Source: Octopus vulgaris
Taxonomy: Eukaryota
DNA length: 64,000 nucleotides
Assembly (NCBI GenBank): GCA_951406725.2
Contig: OX597824.1
Location: forward strand, 48,112,001-48,176,000
Direction: 5' to 3'
The position numbers were made by a program, and so were the translations under genes. Of this stretch, positions 1-17,252 are shown in pieces; within the stretch, counting starts at the first letter, position 1, and each line of letters begins with the position of its first letter. The notes below the pieces were generated by a model. That model ran no database searches, had not been told where the DNA came from, and was given only the letters and a program-made list of their open reading frames with translations.

Positions 1-214
1 ATTTTCAAAAAACATCTAGACAAGCTGCTTTCCGGGATCCCAGATGAACCCACTGCAAGGTATGAAGGTAACCTAAGGGCAGCAGCTACAAACTCTCTCT
101 TAGATCAGTGGCCAGCCACGGCAAACTGGACTTAGAGAGGGTAGCAACAAGGGCGGTGCCCCAGCATGGCCTCAGCCGGATGGCTGAAACAAGTAAAAGT
201 AGAGTAAAAGAGTA
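1..214 (+). mobile_element. CR1-like LINE family A, copy 1: 3' end (ORF2 C-terminus 1-135 plus 3' UTR and tail); continues beyond the window start
   Basis: Frame +1 reads [44 protein letters not shown] (TAG 133-135), identical to the end of the 14229-17252 ORF. The 3' UTR has stem-loop TCAGCC-GGAT-GGCTGA (172-187) and an (AGTAAAAG)-like tail running into (TA)n. Confidence 0.95.
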
Positions 215-1640
<1,426 letters not shown>

Positions 1641-2210
1641 CTCTTTTACTCTTTTACTTGTTTCAGCCATCCGGCTGAGGCCATGCTGGGGCACCGCCCT
1701 TGTTGCTACCCTCTCTAAGTCCAGTTTGCCGTGGCTGGCCACTGATCTAAGAGAGAGTTTGTAGCTGCTGCCCTTAGGTTACCTTCGTACCTTGCAGTGG
1801 GTTCATCTGGGATCCCGGAAAGCAGCTTGTCTAGATGTTTTTGAAAATGTCCACATCCGCATCATGTAGATCTCTTAGTTTTCTTGGCAGTTTGTTGAAA
1901 AGCTGAGGGCCCCTGAACCCCAGGCTATTACAGTATCTGCTCCTTACCCTGGATGTGGAAGACGGGACCTTTGGCACCACACAGTGACGTCCTGTACGGG
2001 GATTGGAACAGCTCTCAATTCCAAAATTTGGTGCTAGTCCCTCCAGGATTTTCCATATGTATATCACTGCATATCTCTCTCGTCTTCGTTCCAAGGAGTA
2101 CAAATTGAGTTCCCTAAGCCTCTCCCAATAGTTCTTTTCTTTCATGGTGGAAATTCTCTTGGTGAAATGTCTTTGGATTGTCTCAAGCTCTGTGGTTAGT
2201 TTGACACTAT
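1641..2210 (-). mobile_element. CR1-like LINE family A, copy 2, 5'-truncated (~570 bp)
   Basis: Nearly identical to 14151-14725. Encodes [19 protein letters not shown]...[21 protein letters not shown]. Homology stops abruptly after GACACTAT at 2210. The tail abuts (TA)n at 1640. Confidence 0.95.
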
Positions 2211-2640
2211 AGATAAGCCAAAATTTTCTTTTCACTTCTTGACCGCCGCAATACATTTGCCTATAACACTAAAAAATGTATTATCTATTTCCTAATACTA
2301 ATACGCTTGTTTTGTTTACATCGTCTTTCCTAAATTCATTTTATGCGCTGATAGTTCCCCCTTCTCCATATCACTTTGTCTGTTCTTCGCCCTAAATTAT
2401 CCTCCATATTTATGCGCCGATAATTTCTCCAACTTCGCGCATTTTTAAGCCAACCCGTCAAGTTCAACCTTTGCATATTCCCGGTGCACCCGCCCTTGCC
2501 CACCCCCACCACCAATACCGGATATCTCTATATTTTTGCTCCATCTATACCGGATGTCGCTACTCCACCACCATTATAGGTGTCTACTCTCCGAACCCCC
2601 CTCTTCAATACGCTATTTCACCATGCATTACCCCTTCCCC
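2211..2640. other. Unclassified ~430-bp CpG-containing island embedded in the TA array (probable non-autonomous element)
   Basis: Unique, relatively GC/CpG-rich sequence bounded by the LINE junction (TA|GATAAGCC) and CCCC|TATATA. No recognisable ORF. Confidence 0.4.
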
Positions 2641-3017
2641 TATATATACATATATATATACATATATATATATATACATATATATATATACATATATATA
2701 TACATATATATATATGTGTATATATATACATGTGTATATATATATATACATATATATATACATATATATACATATATATACATATATATATACATATATA
2801 TACATATATATATATATACATATATATATATACATATATATATATACATATATATATATACATATATATATACATATATACATACATATATATATATATA
2901 TATACATATATACACATATATATATATACATATATATATACATATATATACACATATATATATATACATATATATACACATATATATATATACATATATA
3001 CATACATATATATACAC

Positions 3018-3078
<61 letters not shown>

Positions 3079-3500
3079 GATATACATATATATATACATA
3101 TATATATATATATAGATATACATATATATATACATATATATATATATAGATATACATATATATATACATATATATATATATATGTACATATATATATACA
3201 TATGTATATACATGTACATATATATATATACATATACACATGTATATACATATATATATATACATATATATATACATATACATATATATATACATATACA
3301 TATATATACATACATACATATATACATATATATATATATACATATACATATACATATATACATATACACATATATAATATACATATATACATTTATATAC
3401 ATATATATATACATATACACATATATATATATACATATACATAAATACATTTATATATATATACATATACATTTATATATATATACATATATATATATAT

Positions 3501-3547
<47 letters not shown>

Positions 3548-3583
3548 TACATACATATACATTTATATATATACGTATATATA
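2641..3583. repeat. (TA)n/(TACA)n microsatellite array
   Basis: Direct reading. Confidence 0.98.
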
Positions 3584-6411
3584 AGAAAGGAGTCATGTAG
3601 GAGTTGCTATGTACACCCGTGAGGACCTCACACCCCAGGTCCTTATGTCATACTGAAACTCGGTGTGTGACACACTAATTGTGCATGTAAGGCAACTTGG
3701 TGTAGTTGTGTGTGCTACATATCGCCCTCCAGATGCCCCAAGCCATGTAGGCAAGTTTGAAGACTGCCTTATAGAAATACAAGAAGTTCTAATCACATTA
3801 GAACAACACATAAGTGTACTTCTTATGGGAGATTTCAATCTACCCAATATCAGATGGCCCGAGGGCCTTTCTCTCTCAGGAATGACACGATGTGAACGAG
3901 GATGGGCGAGGTCCCTCCTGAACCTCATCAACACCCTGTACATGGAGCAAGTAATACTCCAACCAACCAGGGCAGGTAACACACTGGATCTCTGCTTCAC
4001 AAATAATATGGATCTCATCCATAATGTGAAAGTGACACCGACACTACTCTCGGATCACAACATGGTAGAGCTGACCATGTACGGGCCAAAAGAGAGCATG
4101 GACATGCAGCCTACAAGAAACTCTCAGAATCTTTCCAGCTTGAACTTCCATAAGGCAAACTGGAAACAAATTGAGAAAGAGATCCTCAAACAAAACTGGC
4201 CTGAATGTCTCTCCTCGCCAGACATCGACATGAAACTTCAACAATTCATGTCTGTAATGCAAGCCATATGCTACAAATGCGTCCCAGAGAGAAAGGCCAC
4301 TGTACACAAGAACAAAATCCCCAGAGAGAAGAAAATTATAATGACACGGCGTACAAAAATTTCAAATCGCCTAAACAAACAAATTGAAAGCAGTGAAAAT
4401 AAAACTGTTGGAAATTGAAAAATGTCTGCAACTCTCCCATGAAAAGGAAAGAGCAGACAAAGAAGCCTGGGCTATAGACAACATAAAATCTAACCCCAGA
4501 GCTTTCTACAGGTATGCCAAAGAAACAGCTACGGTGCACTGTAGGATAGGGGCCACTCCTTGAAAAGGATGGCAAACTCACAGAAAATCCAATGAGGGTA
4601 AGTGAAATACTAAATGAGCAATTCAAGAGTGTTTTCACTCCATCACTTGGGCATTTCCAAATCAGCAATCCAACTGACTTCTTTACCACTGCAGATATAA
4701 AATCAGAGGCAGCGATGATTGATTACATCAATATAAAGGAAGACGATGTAACAACGGCTATAGATGAAATGAAAACAAACTCAGCTACTGGCCCCGACGG
4801 ATTCCCGGCAATCCTTCTAAAAGTATGTAAGAGAGTCCTAGGAAGACCACTGCAGTTCCTCTTTCAGAGCTTCTTTGCAACTGGCAAACTTCCAAGAAAA
4901 CTGAAGGAAAGTAAAATATGCCCTATTCATAAAGGAGGTAGCAGAGCGGAGGCCAAGAACTACAGACCTATCTCTCTGACCTCACACATCAGCAAGGTCA
5001 TGGAACGAATAGTCAGAAGAAAACTGATCACCTTCCTTGAAAATGACTTGCTGCCTGACACCCAACATGGTTTCCGACCAGGAAGAAGCTGCCTAACTCA
5101 GCTCCTACAACACTATGACTGGGTGCTGAAACGACTGCTCAACCACTCAAATATGGAAGTGATATATCTCGACTTTGCAAAGGCCTTTGATAAAATCAAT
5201 CATGGAATGATATGTCACAAACTGCGTGACATTGGCATAGTTAGAAAATTGGGAGAATAGCTTCATGACTTTCTGAAGGATAGAAGTCAGGTGGTAGTAG
5301 CCATCAAGACGCAAATAGTGAGTGGTGTTCCGCAGGGCACTGTTTTGGGACCACTACTGTCCATAATGGCCCTCTCAGACATGCCCTCAGCCACGCAGAG
5401 AGCCACGATCACAAGTTATGCAGATGATACAAAAGTTTCACAGACAATACAGAACCCTGAAGACACTAAGCACCTGCAATGTGAGCTGGACAAAATATAC
5501 AAGTGGGCTGAAAAGAATAGCATGCAGTTCAATGCTGAAAAATTTCAAGCTTTATGCTATCAGCATGCAAAACTAAATGCAATACCCAATGAATACACTG
5601 GACCCTGAGGAATTGCAATCCCAGAAGCACAATCAGTGCGTCACAGTGCGTGACCTGGGTATTTACATGAGTGATGACGCAATCTTTCATGTACATGTTG
5701 CTAAATTCGCAATGACATGTAGATGGCTGGCTGGATGGATTCTTAGAACCTTTAGAACAAGAGAACAAGAAACCATGATGGTCCTCTGGAGGACACTTGT
5801 TCTCAGCCACTTCGACTATTGCTCTCAGCTATGGTCACCATCCAGTGTCAAGTTGATCATAGAACTTGAGGCAATCCAACGAAGCTACATGAAGAAGATA
5901 GCCTCTGTGCAGCATATAAGCTACTGGGAAAGACTCAAGAGATTAAAACTCTATTCCTTGGAGCATAGGCGAGAAAGATATGCCATGATATACATCTGGA
6001 AGATCCTGGAAGGACTTGTCCCAAACTTTGGCATCGAGAGTTACACAAATGCCAGAACTGGGTGCCACTGCGTGGTGCCAAGGACTCCGAATTTGTCATC
6101 AAGATGTAGGACAAGATACTGTGATAGCCTGGGCTTCAGAGGCCACAGCTCTTCAATGTCCTCCCGAAGAACCTGAGGGACCTGCATGGGGTGGATGCGG
6201 ATGTCTTTAAAGTAGGACTGGATCTCTTCCTGTCAGGTGTCCCGGATGAACCAACTTCACGGCAGGAGGTGCAGCTACATTGAACTCTCTATTGCACCAA
6301 ATAGCAGTTGCTAAAAAGCATTCGTGAAGTAAAATCATGTAGCAACACCAAATGGCGGTGCCCCAGCATGGCCACAGCTAGTGAGCTGAAACTAGATAAA
6401 ATATAAAAAAT
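3584..6411 (+). pseudogene. CR1-like LINE family B, 5'-truncated within the APE domain, with disrupted ORF2 (APE + RT)
   Basis: Collinear ORF fragments 3663-4418 (YRPP, LMGDFN, LDLCFTN, SDHN), 4592-5260 ([34 protein letters not shown]), 5291-5608 ([16 protein letters not shown]) and 5577-6176 (SYWERLKRLKLYSLE). These are broken by stops and frameshifts. The tail GGCGGTGCCCCAGCATGGCCACAGCTAGTGAGCTGAAAC is followed by TA; both flanks are TA. Confidence 0.93.
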
Positions 6412-6838
6412 ACATATACATATATATACATTTATATATATACATATCATCATCATCGTTTAACATCCGTTTTCCGCGCTAGCATATATATATATATATA
6501 TATACATATATATATACACACATATATATACATATACACATATATATACATATACACATATATATATATACATATACACATATATATATACATATATATA
6601 CATATACACATATATATATATACATATACACATATATATACATATACACATATATATACATATACACATATATATACATATACACATATATATACATATA
6701 CACATATATATACATACACATATACATACACATATATATATACACATATACATACATATATATACATTTATACATATACATACATATATATATATACATT
6801 TATACATATACATATATACATACATATACATATATACA
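6412..6838. repeat. (TA)/(TACA)/(CATATACA) microsatellite
   Basis: Direct reading. Confidence 0.95.
6447..6485 (-). mobile_element. ~40-bp 3' stub of an RTE-type tail with a (GAT)n terminus
   Basis: CATCATCATCGTTTAACATCCGTTTTCCGCGCTAGCA matches the reverse complement of the tail at 44785-44825. Confidence 0.8.
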
Positions 6839-7445
6839 CTGTCTTTCCTACCCGCCATTGCTTCTTCACCAAACTTTTTGGCGCCCTCCGATTCTTCCCC
6901 TCTCTTCCTCCCATCCTCCTCCCCTCTTCCTCCCATCCTCCTTAATCCCTTCTTTCTCCTTTTCTCTTGGTCACTGATTCTGTCCCCTGCCTTCCACCCT
7001 CTTTGATTCCCTCTCTCTCTCCTGCAACCTGCTGCTTCTTAAACCATTCTGTTGGCCATCGTATCTCGACCAACATGTGTCCCCGCTACCGAAACGGTAA
7101 TTATTTCTACGCCAGCTATGTTGTTGTTGTTGTTTTTGTCTCATTTGGTCTAAAGTCGTATGACAACCACCGTTATATATATTTTGTTTATTCATTACTG
7201 TTTTCAATTTCGTTTTCGTCTCTTGTATTTACATCCGTCTTGTGCGTTCACATTCCTGTCTTCTACCAAGAAATCTAATGCTTACAGCTTAGTTTTTTTT
7301 TCTTGGGGCTGGCCGAGTTGGAGCAAATATCAGAATTGAACAGCCGAAATTTGCTACGATGATTCGGTGTCTGACTGAAGATTGAAGGCTTCGAATGATT
7401 TGTCTGTGTTCCGTGTTCGTCCCTTCCTGTATTTCACGTTCATTA
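6839..7445. other. Unclassified CT-rich interspersed element flanked by TA
   Basis: Unique pyrimidine-rich sequence with retained CpGs between TA tracts; no credible ORF. Confidence 0.35.
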
Positions 7446-7476
7446 TATATAAAAACATTCATTCTTATACATATAT

Positions 7477-7576
7477 NNNNNNNNNNNNNNNNNNNNNNNN
7501 NNNNNNNNNNNNNNNNNNNNNNNNNNNNNNNNNNNNNNNNNNNNNNNNNNNNNNNNNNNNNNNNNNNNNNNNNNNN
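7477..7576. other. Assembly gap (100 N)
   Basis: Run of exactly 100 n, which is a typical scaffolding spacer. Confidence 0.99.
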
Positions 7577-7578
7577 AC

Positions 7579-7610
<32 letters not shown>

Positions 7611-7611
<1 letters not shown>

Positions 7612-8760
7612 CTTCTTTTTACTGCTCTTTACTTGTTTCAGCCATCCGGCTGAGGCTATGCTGGGGCACCGCCCTTGTTGCTACCCTCTCTAAGTCCAGT
7701 TTGCCGTGGCTGGCCACTGATCTAAGAGAGTTTTGTAGCTGCTGCCCTTAGGTTACCTTCGTACCTTGCAGTGGGTTCATCTGGGATCCCGGAAAGCAGC
7801 TTGTCTAGATGTTTTTTGAAAATGTCCACATCCGCATCATGTAGATCTCTTAGTTTTCTTGGCAGTTTGTTGAAAAGCTGAGGGCCCCTGAACCCCAGGC
7901 TATTACAGTATCTGCTCCTTACCCTGGATGTGGAAGACGGGACCTTTGGCACCACACAGTGACGTCCTGTACGGGGATTGGAACAGCTCTCAATTCCAAA
8001 ATTTGGTGCTAGTCCCTCCAGGATTTTCCATATGTATATCACTGCATATCTCTCTCGTCTTCGTTCCAAGGAGTACAAATTGAGTTCCCTAAGCCTCTCC
8101 CAATAGTTCTTTTCTTTCATGGTGGGAAATCCTCTTGGTGAAATGTCTTTGGATTGTCTCAAGCTCTGTGGTTAGTTTGACACTATGCGGTGACCACAGT
8201 TGGGAGCAGTAGTCCAGGCGGCTTAGGACAAATGTCCTCCATAGTGTCAACATGGTCTCGCAGTCTCTTGTCCAGAATGTCCTCAGGATCCAGCCAGTGA
8301 GTCGTCTGCACATTGTCGCCACCTTCGCGATGTGTGAAGAAAAAGATGCATCGTCACTCATGTCTATCCCCAGGTCCCGTGATTCGATACTGGGATTTCG
8401 ATCCCTCCTGGACCAGTATAGTTGTGTTGTAATGTATATGTGTTTACAGCTTGATATTGTAAGGCTTGAAATTTGCCAGCATTAAATTGCATGTTGTTGT
8501 CTTCAGCCCATTTGTATATGGCATCCAGATCTTGTTGTAAAAGGTCAGCATCAGCTGGGTTTGATTGCCTGTGCTACCAGGAGCATATATCATCAGCATA
8601 GCTAGTGAGGGATGTATATATATATATACCAAGGGCATGTCATATATAATATATATATAGCAAGGGTCCCAAGACATATATATACCTACTACATATACCA
8701 TTGGCTACTATATATGACATATATATCAGGAATATATATACGATATATATACATACCACC
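7611..8760 (-). mobile_element. CR1-like LINE family A, copy 3, 5'-truncated, with indels and a TA-mosaic 5' part
   Basis: Matches 14151-~15300 with small indels. From ~8570 LINE blocks (CATCAGCATAGCTAGTGAGGGATG, CCAAGGGCATGTCA, AGCAAGGGTCCCAAGAC, CCATTGGCT) alternate with TA runs. Confidence 0.9.
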
Positions 8761-9545
<785 letters not shown>

Positions 9546-9547
9546 TA

Positions 9548-9920
9548 CCACCTAACACGGACGTCTATACTTTCCCAGTCACGTAGCAAGCTACACAGCT
9601 TCAAAACTACACTGACCTTAAATATATATATATTTGTAACACACGTGTTTGCCTACAAACCCGTAAGTACGTTTTCATTATAACTACAAATTGTATATAT
9701 ACACCTGTTTCTTTTTAATATCCTCAAACAACCAAATAATCAAAAACTCACACCCTTATAGAGAGAACATTTATATATATATACACTTCTGCTCCCATAG
9801 AAAGAATATATATATTTTCAAAAATCAAAAGGAAAACAAACAAAAGAAAAGGGTACAAACATGACTAACTTGCAGGCCTGCAACAGACCACTGAAATTGG
9901 TCTGATAACGAAATATGTTT

Positions 9921-9952
<32 letters not shown>

Positions 9953-10260
9953 CATATATATATAGATATACATATATATATATATATACATCACATATAT
10001 ATATATATACATATATATACAGATTCGTAGCAAGTTATATACATACATATCTTTCAAACTGATAAGAGGCCATTATGAAAAGCTTCTACATATTTTCACA
10101 CATATATACAACATACAGCTAGATATATATCAGCAGCCACATATATACATACATACATATATATATGAGCCACTACATATATCCCATACACATATATATG
10201 ACATCGGTACATCACAACATATATACATACATACATATATATGTGTATAGCATACATATA

Positions 10261-10293
<33 letters not shown>

Positions 10294-12265
10294 TCATAAA
10301 TACATATATCTTTTCACCGCTCTCACAGCAACCACCACAATATATATATATATCACCACCGCTACCATATATATCTATCACATATATATAAACATATATA
10401 AGATATACATATATATACATACATATATATACTACTGCAGTAACAAAAACTTAAAGAAACATAGGATAGCATATACGGCACAAACAAGAAATCCCCAAAT
10501 ACATATATACATACATATATATATACATGCACAAATAGTGACATATATATATACATATACACTAGACGCACTACTGGCCAAGGCCAAAGCACGCATCCCA
10601 CAATAACATCAACACCACCAAATAGTAAATCAAACATTCAAAACACACACAACTATAAAATATGTATATATATATATATATATACATATATACTGAGTGA
10701 CTGTACTCATATATCCATACATATATATACAGAAATATCAAGCCAACATATATATATGAATATATATATATATATATATATATATACACTGCAGTAATGC
10801 TGGTATACATATATATGGACACATATATACAACAACATATATATATACTACAACCCTATCCAACAGTGCAACCACACCTCCAGCCAAAAACTGCTATATA
10901 AGCATATATATATATATATATATATATAGCCATATATATACATATATATATACATATATATATACATTCAACCATCACTCAACACCATCCTATATATATA
11001 CCCCAGTGCACCATATATCCCCACATATATATATACACACATATATATAAATATATGCATACATATATATACCAGCCACTACACTAACCTCCACATTCCT
11101 ATATATGCACAAGGTGTCATATATCATATGCACAAAAATGGACAGGTCACAATTCATTGAAGACATAACCATTCACACCACATCCCTTTCTTACATTCTC
11201 ACTGAGACCCACCTTGACATATATATATAGCCGAATATGAAGAATATATACATATATATAGGATATATATATATATACATATATTAACTGTATATATATA
11301 CGGCAGATGGAAATAGTATACTCCAACGGCTACTGTGAATCAGTCACCGTATACAACAAAGCCAATGATCTGACAGTAATTGGGCTCTATACAAACACCC
11401 ATACTGTGCTATATAAAGAATGCCTCAACAGCATTAAGTGCTTTATTCAACAGTGCCATTCTAGCAACATACTCATGATGGGAGACTTCAATCTACACAC
11501 ACTGGACTACAAACAAACCAAGCACTCCGCCTCAATACACACACACACACACAGTCACAAGCTTTACGAATGAGTTTTCTTGTCCCAACATATATGCACA
11601 CATATACATATATATATACATATATATATATACCACATATACATATATATATATATATACATATATACCTTCTTTCAGACCATGACATGGTTCTCTATAA
11701 CATGATATATTCCACCAGCCGAAAGCTAATCCTAGTGACCTTCCTCCAGCCCACCCATATATATATATAACATGGATCTCCATAAACCAACTGGGATGCA
11801 ATGTGGGAACGAGCTATATATATACATATATATATACATATATACACACATCTCCAGCATATATCACCATATGAAACATATCTTTGTAGACACCGTCACA
11901 GACATATATATATAACACTCCCCACCAAGACCTGTGAACAAAAAGTGCAGAATCCCCAAAACAGAAAATACCATTATCAGAAAAATAAAAAAAAGAACAA
12001 AAAATAGATATACAAACTAAAGTATAAAACATAACATATATATATAATATATATCCATATATATATATATACCTATATATATGAAGTCCCTCATCAATAA
12101 CCAAAGATCAGCTGAGGAGAAGTGGGCCATTGAATATATATATCATATATATAAAAGTGTTCTTTTCATTTGCGAGGAAACGCAGGGTCACTGTCTCCAC
12201 TGATGTATTTTGAAACGAACATCACTCGGACACATATATATATACAGATATGTAGCTGATCTGGA
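9548..12265 (+). mobile_element. Third CR1-like LINE (family C) interleaved with TA runs
   Basis: APE remnants YILTETHLD (~11190-11220), YSNGYCESVTVYNK...ILMMGDFN (11307-11495) and LSDHDMV (~11670). The later AEEKWAIE...KVFFSFARK (~12110-12180) is collinear with family [23 protein letters not shown]. The 5' boundary is uncertain. Confidence 0.7.
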
Positions 12266-14152
<1,887 letters not shown>

Positions 14153-14228
14153 CTCTTTTACTCTTTTTTACTTGTTTCAGCCATCCGGCTGAGGCCATGC
14201 TGGGGCACCGCCCTTGTTGCTACCCTCT

Positions 14229-17200
14229 CTAAGTCCAGTTTGCCGTGGCTGGCCACTGATCTAAGAGAGAGTTTGTAGCTGCTGCCCTTAGGTTACCTTC
14301 GTACCTTGCAGTGGGTTCATCTGGGATCCCGGAAAGCAGCTTGTCTAGATGTTTTTTGAAAATGTCCACATCCGCATCATGTAGATCTCTTAGTTTTCTT
14401 GGCAGTTTGTTGAACAGCTGAGGGCCCCTGAACCCCAGGCTATTACAGTATCTGCTCCTTACCCTGGATGTGGAAGACGGGACCTTTGGCACCACACAGT
14501 GACGACCTGTACGGGGATTGGAACAGCTCTCAATTCCAAAATTTGGTGCTAGTCCCTCCAGGATTTTCCATATGTATATCACTGCATATCTCTCTCGTCT
14601 TCGTTCCAAGGAGTACAAATTGAGTTCCCTAAGCCTCTCCCAATAGTTCTTTTCTTTCATGGTGGAAATCCTCTTGGTGAAATGTCTTTGGATTGTCTCA
14701 AGCTCTGTGGTTAGTTTGACACTATGCGGTGACCACAGTTGGGAGCAGTAGTCTAGGCGGCTTAGGACAAATGTCCTCCATAGTGTCAACATGGTCTCGC
14801 AGTCTCTTGTCCGGAATGTCCTCAGGATCCAGCCAGTGAGTCGTCTGCACATTGTCGCCACCTTCGCGATGTGTGAAGAAAAAGATGCATCGTCACTCAT
14901 GTCTATCCCCAGGTCCCGTATTGATTTCGATACTGGGATTTCGATCCCTCCTGGACCAGTATAGTTGTGTTGTAATGTATATGTGTTTACAGCTTGATAT
15001 TGTAAGGCTTGAAATTTACCAGCATTAAATTGCATGTTGTTGTCTTCAGCCCATTTGTATATGGCATCCAGATCTTGTTGTAAAAGGTCAGCATCAGCTG
15101 GGTTTTTGATTGCCTGTGCTACCTTTGTGTCATCAGCATAGCTAGTGAGGGATGTTGTTTGTGCTACCAAGGGCATGTCAGAGAGCGCCACCAAAAACAG
15201 CAAGGGTCCCAAGACTGTGCCCTGTGGCACCCCGCTTGCTATTGGTGTCTTTCCCGAGAGGGCTCCATTGGCTGCAACCATCTGGCTTCTGTCCTTCAGG
15301 AAGTCATGTATCCACTCACCTACTTTTCCTGTTATGCCGAGTCTGAGTAATTTGTGACATATCACTCCGTGGTCGACTTTGTCAAAGGCCTTCGCAAAGT
15401 CGAGATATACCACATCCACCTGTGAGCGATCCAGTAGTTGTTTCAGTACCCAGTCGTAGTGTTGTAACAGCTGCGTAAGGCAGCTTCTTCCTGGGCGAAA
15501 GCCATGCTGTGTGTCAGTGAGACGGTTAGTTTCTTCGAGGAACGTGATCAGTTTTTTTCTGATGATTCGTTCCATGACCTTACTTATGTGTGACGTCAGG
15601 GAGACTGGCCTGTAGTTTTTGGCCTCTGCTCTACTCCCTCCTTTGTGGATAGGGCATATGGTGCCTTCTTTTAGCGCCCTGGGCAGTTTACCGTTAGCCA
15701 AGGAACCACTGAAGAGCATCTTCAGTGGTCCCGCTAGGGCATGCCTGCATGTTTTTAGGAGGACTGCTGGGAATCCATCTGGTCCAGCAGCTGAGTTTAT
15801 TCTCATTTCTTCTATGGCAGATATTACATCCCTCTCTGTTATGTCTATGTGGTCGATGGTTGTTGTTTGGTTTTGGAGTGTTGTGGCATCAAAGAAAACT
15901 TCTGGGTTTGTGATTTGCATGTGCCCCAGAGGGGATGTGAACACACTTTTATACTGTTCCTTTAGTATTTCACTTATCCCTTGGGGGTCCTCAGTTAGAG
16001 AGCCCTTTTTATCAAAGAGTGGGCCAATCTTGCAGTGTACCGAGGTGGTTTCTTTCGCAAATTTAAAGAAAGCTTTAGGGTTTGTTTTAATATTCTCTAT
16101 GGCCCTGGCTTCTCTCTCTGCCCTCTCCTTCTCATAGGAAAGTTTGAGTGCAGTTTCCGTTTCAAAAAGTTTCAGGTGGAGTCCCTTATTGTTTCTCTGC
16201 CGTGCATTCAGTTGCTTCGAGAGCTTAGCTCTTCGCCTCATAAGTATTTTCCTGTCTCTGGGAATAACGTTCCTATGCCCGCTGGCTTTTTTCTCCGGGA
16301 CAAACTTATGGCATATGTTCTGTATTGTTGTCATGAAATGTTGGAAATGTGTGTTGGTCTCTTGTGTGGTGATGAAGTCACTCCAGTCATGTTTTCGGAT
16401 CTCTTCGTTGATCTTCTTCCAGTTTGCCTTATGGAAGTTTAGACTGGATAGGCCTGTGGTATTTTCTAATGGCTGCGTCTCAACTAACTCTCTCATACCA
16501 TATATCATTACCTCTACTAAGTTGTGATCTGAGAGAATTGTAGGTGTTACCATTATGTTGTGGATGAGCATCGGGTTGCTTGTGAAACAGAGGTCCAAGA
16601 CATTCTCACCTCTTGTTGGCCGAAGCACTGCTTGTTCCATGAAAAACTTGCGTGTGAGAGCCAACAAGGACTCTGTCTGTCTCTGTTCAAGTGATGTCAT
16701 TCCAGGGAGGAGATGGCCATCTGGCCATTTGACTTTCGGAAGGTTAAAATCTCCCAGCAGTAGAATGGTGTTACCCTGGTCCAGTTTGTCCAGGACTTCT
16801 TCTATTCTTCTGAGGCTATCTTCAAACACTCCTTCATGACTAGGGGTGTCTGGTGGCCGATATGTGACACATATTACTATTTTCGGTTGTTTCATGTGTA
16901 CTATCAGTGTGTCACAGACTGAGTTTGAGTGTGTCAACAGTACTATGGGTGTGACATCTTCACGGACGTACAGGGCAACCCCACCATGAGTTCTTTCCTT
17001 CCTGTCTGACCGAAAAACAGTATACTTTGGTACGTGTATTTCTGCATCTGCTATACTGCTTGACAGGTGCGTTTCAGTCAGCGCTATGCATATTGCATGG
17101 TTGCTTGTGCTTAAGTCCCTAAGGTAAGGAATTTTACTCATATTAGTGGGTTTCACCAGACCTCTGACATTCAGCAGAAGCACTGGTGAGATATTTGGGG

Positions 17201-17252
17201 TGTCAATAAAGGCTGTCGGTGTGGCACCTGGGCTGGTGTCAGTGGTGGCCAC
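14229..17252 (-). CDS. LINE ORF2: apurinic-like endonuclease + reverse transcriptase (1007 aa from GTG; frame open upstream to 17501)
   Basis: APE motifs [41 protein letters not shown] motifs [49 protein letters not shown]. The C-terminus [20 protein letters not shown] is CR1-type. No stops or frameshifts. Confidence 0.96.
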   Translation of the reverse strand: MATTDTSPGATPTAFIDTPNISPVLLLNVRGLVKPTNMSKIPYLRDLSTSNHAICIALTETHLSSSIADAEIHVPKYTVFRSDRKERTHGGVALYVREDVTPIVLLTHSNSVCDTLIVHMKQPKIVICVTYRPPDTPSHEGVFEDSLRRIEEVLDKLDQGNTILLLGDFNLPKVKWPDGHLLPGMTSLEQRQTESLLALTRKFFMEQAVLRPTRGENVLDLCFTSNPMLIHNIMVTPTILSDHNLVEVMIYGMRELVETQPLENTTGLSSLNFHKANWKKINEEIRKHDWSDFITTQETNTHFQHFMTTIQNICHKFVPEKKASGHRNVIPRDRKILMRRRAKLSKQLNARQRNNKGLHLKLFETETALKLSYEKERAEREARAIENIKTNPKAFFKFAKETTSVHCKIGPLFDKKGSLTEDPQGISEILKEQYKSVFTSPLGHMQITNPEVFFDATTLQNQTTTIDHIDITERDVISAIEEMRINSAAGPDGFPAVLLKTCRHALAGPLKMLFSGSLANGKLPRALKEGTICPIHKGGSRAEAKNYRPVSLTSHISKVMERIIRKKLITFLEETNRLTDTQHGFRPGRSCLTQLLQHYDWVLKQLLDRSQVDVVYLDFAKAFDKVDHGVICHKLLRLGITGKVGEWIHDFLKDRSQMVAANGALSGKTPIASGVPQGTVLGPLLFLVALSDMPLVAQTTSLTSYADDTKVAQAIKNPADADLLQQDLDAIYKWAEDNNMQFNAGKFQALQYQAVNTYTLQHNYTGPGGIEIPVSKSIRDLGIDMSDDASFSSHIAKVATMCRRLTGWILRTFRTRDCETMLTLWRTFVLSRLDYCSQLWSPHSVKLTTELETIQRHFTKRISTMKEKNYWERLRELNLYSLERRRERYAVIYIWKILEGLAPNFGIESCSNPRTGRHCVVPKVPSSTSRVRSRYCNSLGFRGPQLFNKLPRKLRDLHDADVDIFKKHLDKLLSGIPDEPTARYEGNLRAAATNSLLDQWPATANWT

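Noticed and set aside
9548-12265. Unique blocks alternating with repeat, superficially CRISPR-like
   Set aside because: The repeat is variable-length TA, the blocks are collinear pieces of one LINE, the context is eukaryotic and there are no cas genes.
17168-17173. TGAATG stop-start at the end of ORF1, suggesting SART1-like translational coupling
   Set aside because: This ATG is in the ORF1 frame (MSEVW*), not the ORF2 frame, so it cannot initiate ORF2.
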